Of a DNA stretch of 64,000 nt, positions 58,624-64,000 are shown in pieces; positions within the stretch are counted from its first letter, which is position 1, and the number at the start of each line of letters is the position of its first letter. The translations under genes were made by a program, and so were the position numbers. The notes below the pieces were generated by a model. That model saw nothing but the letters and a program-made list of their open reading frames with translations. It was not told the DNA's origin and did not search any database. The DNA comes from Octopus vulgaris (taxonomy: Eukaryota): contig OX597824.1 in the NCBI GenBank assembly GCA_951406725.2, forward strand, positions 97,278,001 through 97,342,000, in the 5' to 3' direction.

Positions 58624-59016
58624 CTAGCAGTATCGCTAGGCGTTGCTCGGATTTGTTTCGACCCTTTAGAATTGGAATTTGTGAAAAGTAAAACTTTTGC
58701 ATTATGTAGTTTGTTATTCTCTTTTAGTGAACATTTTTCAGGTTGAAATACACCGAAAAATGGTGTCACGGCAGTCAAAAAATAGTAAAAAATAGGGATT
58801 TTCATAGAAAAAAAAGCACCCTTTTGATGTAAATGATTTTTGGTGTTAACATGGTCCAATTTGAATGTTATCTTCTGCGGAAGGAAGAGCAAGCCTTCTT
58901 CTATCATACTCTCAATTTTGGTCAACTTACGCTGCAGGGTCTTGGAGGAGATAGTGTTAGTTGAAGGCTACCAAACCTGCCACACACAGACAACTTCAGC
59001 TTTGTATATATAGAGA
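58624..59016 (-). mobile_element. Non-autonomous Helitron-like element (Lep1-like architecture)
   Basis: Minus strand starts A|TCTCTATATATACAAAGCTGAAGTTGTCTG and ends CCGAGCAACGCCTAGCGATACTGCTAG|T. This gives 5'-TC, 3'-CTAG, a decayed GC-rich subterminal hairpin and insertion between A and T without TSD. Confidence 0.65.
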
Positions 59017-59369
59017 TTGAAAACCAAGTTAGTTTCTCATCTGCTTGCTTAACGCTTTTATCCAGTTTTGGAATCACTAGGTAACCGATTTATCTGCTAG
59101 AAATATCAGCCAAATATATTTAAAATCAAAGGATAATGTACGGTGTGGTTTTGGGTGGAATACGTTTGATCACAGTTCTAAAGGATCAGGATTGACTTGG
59201 GGTTAAAATGAAAAGGTAGTCGACATTCATGATTATCGTTCACTTTTACTTGACTTTAAGAGCCGGGCCAGCCGTGGCAAGCACATCCTATATTTTGACG
59301 CATGAGTTCAGTATTAAATCCTGAAATATATATGTACCCCGCACGCCACCCTTTTTAGGAAGACTTGGC

Positions 59370-59408
<39 letters not shown>

Positions 59409-60097
59409 AATGTTCGAATTATTCGCTCCGTACTTTGTACTTTGCTTTCAATATTGAAGGAAACAAATATAAAACACCAAGAACGACCAAGACAGCAATA
59501 ACTCTGCTAGAAATAGTAGTTAAATAACCAATAGATGATATTGTCACAAAGAATTACAGGAAAACATTAAACAATGTAATCCTGACTTAATAAAAGACTA
59601 AATAATCGCAGCCGAAACGTAAAATCTCCCTCGTTGATTCATTCCAAAAAGAAAAAGGAAAAAAATATATGAAACGGTGGCAATTTCCAAACAAAAGAAC
59701 CAGAATAACAATGGGGAGTTCTTTAGATTGCATCCGTGGTCATTCTTGTGTGTAATTATAAATAAACAGTTCGTGAATTACCAATTAATACAGATATTAT
59801 ACACACACAGACACACACACATTCATGTACTTATGAATACGCACACACACGCATACACACATCTAATATATATGCATATAGCTATAAACGTATACATACA
59901 TGTTCTTCATGTATATAATGTGTGTATATATATATATAGAGAGAGAGAGATAGATAGATATAGATAGAGACATACATACATACATACATATATAATATAT
60001 ATATGTGTATATATATATATATATATACAAGCATATACACATAAATATACACACATATGTTTATATGTATACTTATATATACGTATATATAAGCGTG

Positions 60098-60128
<31 letters not shown>

Positions 60129-60538
60129 CTGGATAGGTAGGTATACATATATCTATGTATACATATATGTATGTGCATACACACATACGTCTACCTATCT
60201 CCTTTTATTCCTTTCCTAAATTACATCCTTAATCAAACGTGTTCGCTGTTTGCTCAACGATAAGTTTAACTTAATCAACGGTTATAAACATAAGCTTTGC
60301 AATGAAGTTTATCTTCCGTTAAATAGTTGCTTGCAGGTAATATGGTTGGCTGACCTTCGATGATAAGTCGGGGATGCAGGAGGTCAAACCATTAACATTA
60401 GTTAGAAGTTAGACAAGCGTATCTGTTTTAGTTGCCGTTATTATTGTAAATGTCCACTGAACGCAACAGAGCGACGGTTTGTAAGGGAGTATGGGGATAC
60501 GGCCGGCTGTATATTGTTATGTAATTCTAGATCGACCT

Positions 60539-61976
<1,438 letters not shown>

Positions 61977-62240
61977 CCTTCGAAACACGCATTGAGTCGA
62001 ACCAGGGGCAGCTGATGAAGGGGAATTTTCCTTGTATTGTTTGTCCTGTACTCTGTTCTTTCGTTGTTAAAAAAAGTCCGTTTCCTTGTTTGATTTTATG
62101 TTTTCGTTTCTCGTTGTGTTCTAGGTTTATTTGTGGTGTCCTGTACTCATATATGAATGTATCTATACATATAGATGTAAGTATGTTCATATATGTATGT
62201 ATATATGCAAATGTTTTATTTATTATATTGTTATTATTAT
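61977..62240 (+). mobile_element. PLE LTR-like fragment (family of 22705 and 29330)
   Basis: ccttcgaaac...ggcagctgatgaaggggaattttccttgtattgtttgtcctgtactc...gttttatt. Confidence 0.65.
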
Positions 62241-62615
62241 ATATATATATATATATATATATACATAGATATGGCCGCTTTTTAATATGTAAGCCACTTT
62301 TCTTCAGTGGTAGATGCGTGTATATATGTGTGGTCTATATTTATGCGATCACAGTATTTCCGTTAATGGCGTATGAGTGTATATATTTGTGCACGCCTCT
62401 TGTCTATATGTATGTGAATGTTTTCGCTTATAGTGTAGGTGTGTATAATTATGTGTCAAAACGGAAGGAAACGAAATGTAAATGGTGTATATATAGAGAG
62501 AAACGTGTATTAACACACACACAAAATTCCACAAACATATATGCATTCATATGTTCTTATAAGGGTATAAATATATATATACGTTTGTGTGTGTGTGTCT
62601 GTCTGGTGTGTGTGT

Positions 62616-62647
<32 letters not shown>

Positions 62648-63234
62648 TGTATGTTTGTGAATATCAATTAGTGTTTAGCGATGCAAAAATATCTTTATAT
62701 ACGTGCGAGCGTATTTCTGTGTATCGGTGAAAGTGCGTGCATCCATTCTGTGTGCTTGTTTGCCTGTGTGTTCTGTGTGTATATATGGCACTGGACACGA
62801 ATACGCACGCAGGACTATGCATAGGCTTTTGACGAAATGTGTCTCAGTATGTATGCGTGCATGCGGGAGCATGTTTTTTGTGTGTGTGTGTGTGTGTATA
62901 CGTGTTTGCACGATTGTCTGTATGGATGGAGAAGAATGAGGTTATGCATCTGCTGTGTTGCCACCAACATTCTGGTGCCTGTAGTGGTTTCGCCAATGTT
63001 ATTTTTATTTATTCAGAGACCATCTATCACGAATGTCTATTCTCTACGATTCACTAATTTTCTTGTTCTACATAGCAAGAGCGAAGGGCAATAACGATGC
63101 TATCGGATGCAGACACATGTCCTGACATGTTTACAGGTGGTGGAAATAGGTCTGTTGTTTTGATGCAGCCACCCCATTAGACCATAAAAAATACATATCA
63201 CATATATCCATATACCCTGAAAAATGCATATATT

Positions 63235-63467
63235 TATTTCTTTACTACCCACAAGGGGCTAAACACAGAGGGGACAAACAGGGACAGACAAACGTATTAA
63301 GTCGATTATATCGACCCCAGTGCGTAACTGGTACTTAATTTATCGACCCCGAAAGGATGAAAAGCAAAGTCGACCTTGGCGGAATTTGAACTCAGAACGT
63401 AACGGCAGATGAAATACGGCTACGCATTTTGCCCGGCGTGCTAACGTTTCTACCATCTCGCCGCCTT
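63235..63467 (-). mobile_element. Full-length family-A SINE with 15-bp target-site duplication
   Basis: AAAAATGCATATATT at 63220-63234 and 63468-63482. Confidence 0.95.
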
Positions 63468-64000
63468 AAAAATGCATATATTACTTAGAGATGGAAGGTG
63501 AATATGTAAACCCCAATGTACAGTGAGTGGCAAGTATTGTATCTACCCCAGGGTACGAAAAATTATAATACATATTGCATCTGTCAACCAGGGCAGAGCG
63601 AAAATATTTAATGCATCTATTGCACTATATGATGAGCCCTCTCGGACCTGCACCTCTGTGTCTAACTTTACCCTCAACCTGGGCTCCTAAGCAAAAAATA
63701 AATAGTTGTCTAAACAACTATTCAGCTCAAAAGCAACGAATGTAGTTGAACTAATGGACAAATTCCGCTTCATCAGCCTTTTCTACGTGTGTTGCTTATT
63801 ACTTCTCAACCGAGAATGCGGCAGAGTTAGCGTTGAACCAATTCCCGCCGTAGAGGGAATACAGCTCGTTAGAGTTAAAGTTATGTCTTTCATTTAATAG
63901 CAATCGCATCTACCACAGAGGGCCTAAGACAGCTGAAAGATGAAAGCTAGAATCTACTGCAGCGGGATTTGAAGGAAATTAGAAACAATAAGCTCAATAA

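Overview
AT-rich, microsatellite-dense eukaryotic genomic DNA. The repeat families resemble octopus (coleoid cephalopod) SINEs; this taxon call is an inference from recalled repeat motifs, not a search. The only clearly recognisable host coding sequence is one 375-bp internal exon (6375-6749, minus strand) encoding TM3-TM5 of a cholecystokinin/sulfakinin-type class A GPCR. I found no TM1-TM2 exon, so most of the window is probably one very large intron. That DNA holds tRNA-derived SINEs (some with target-site duplications, some nested), a decayed mariner, CR1 and R4-like LINE fragments, a non-autonomous Helitron and many Penelope-like element (PLE) fragments. The most interesting signal is five sequence-distinct, structurally plausible minimal type I hammerhead ribozymes at 20435+, 20875-, 26576+, 43983+ and 51864+/50902-, plus decayed copies. 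They mostly abut (TA)n tracts, several lie in inverted-repeat PLE remnants, and one is directly downstream of a GIY-YIG endonuclease ORF. Nearly all ORF-track entries are microsatellite artefacts. All structures were folded by eye and no ribozyme activity is shown.
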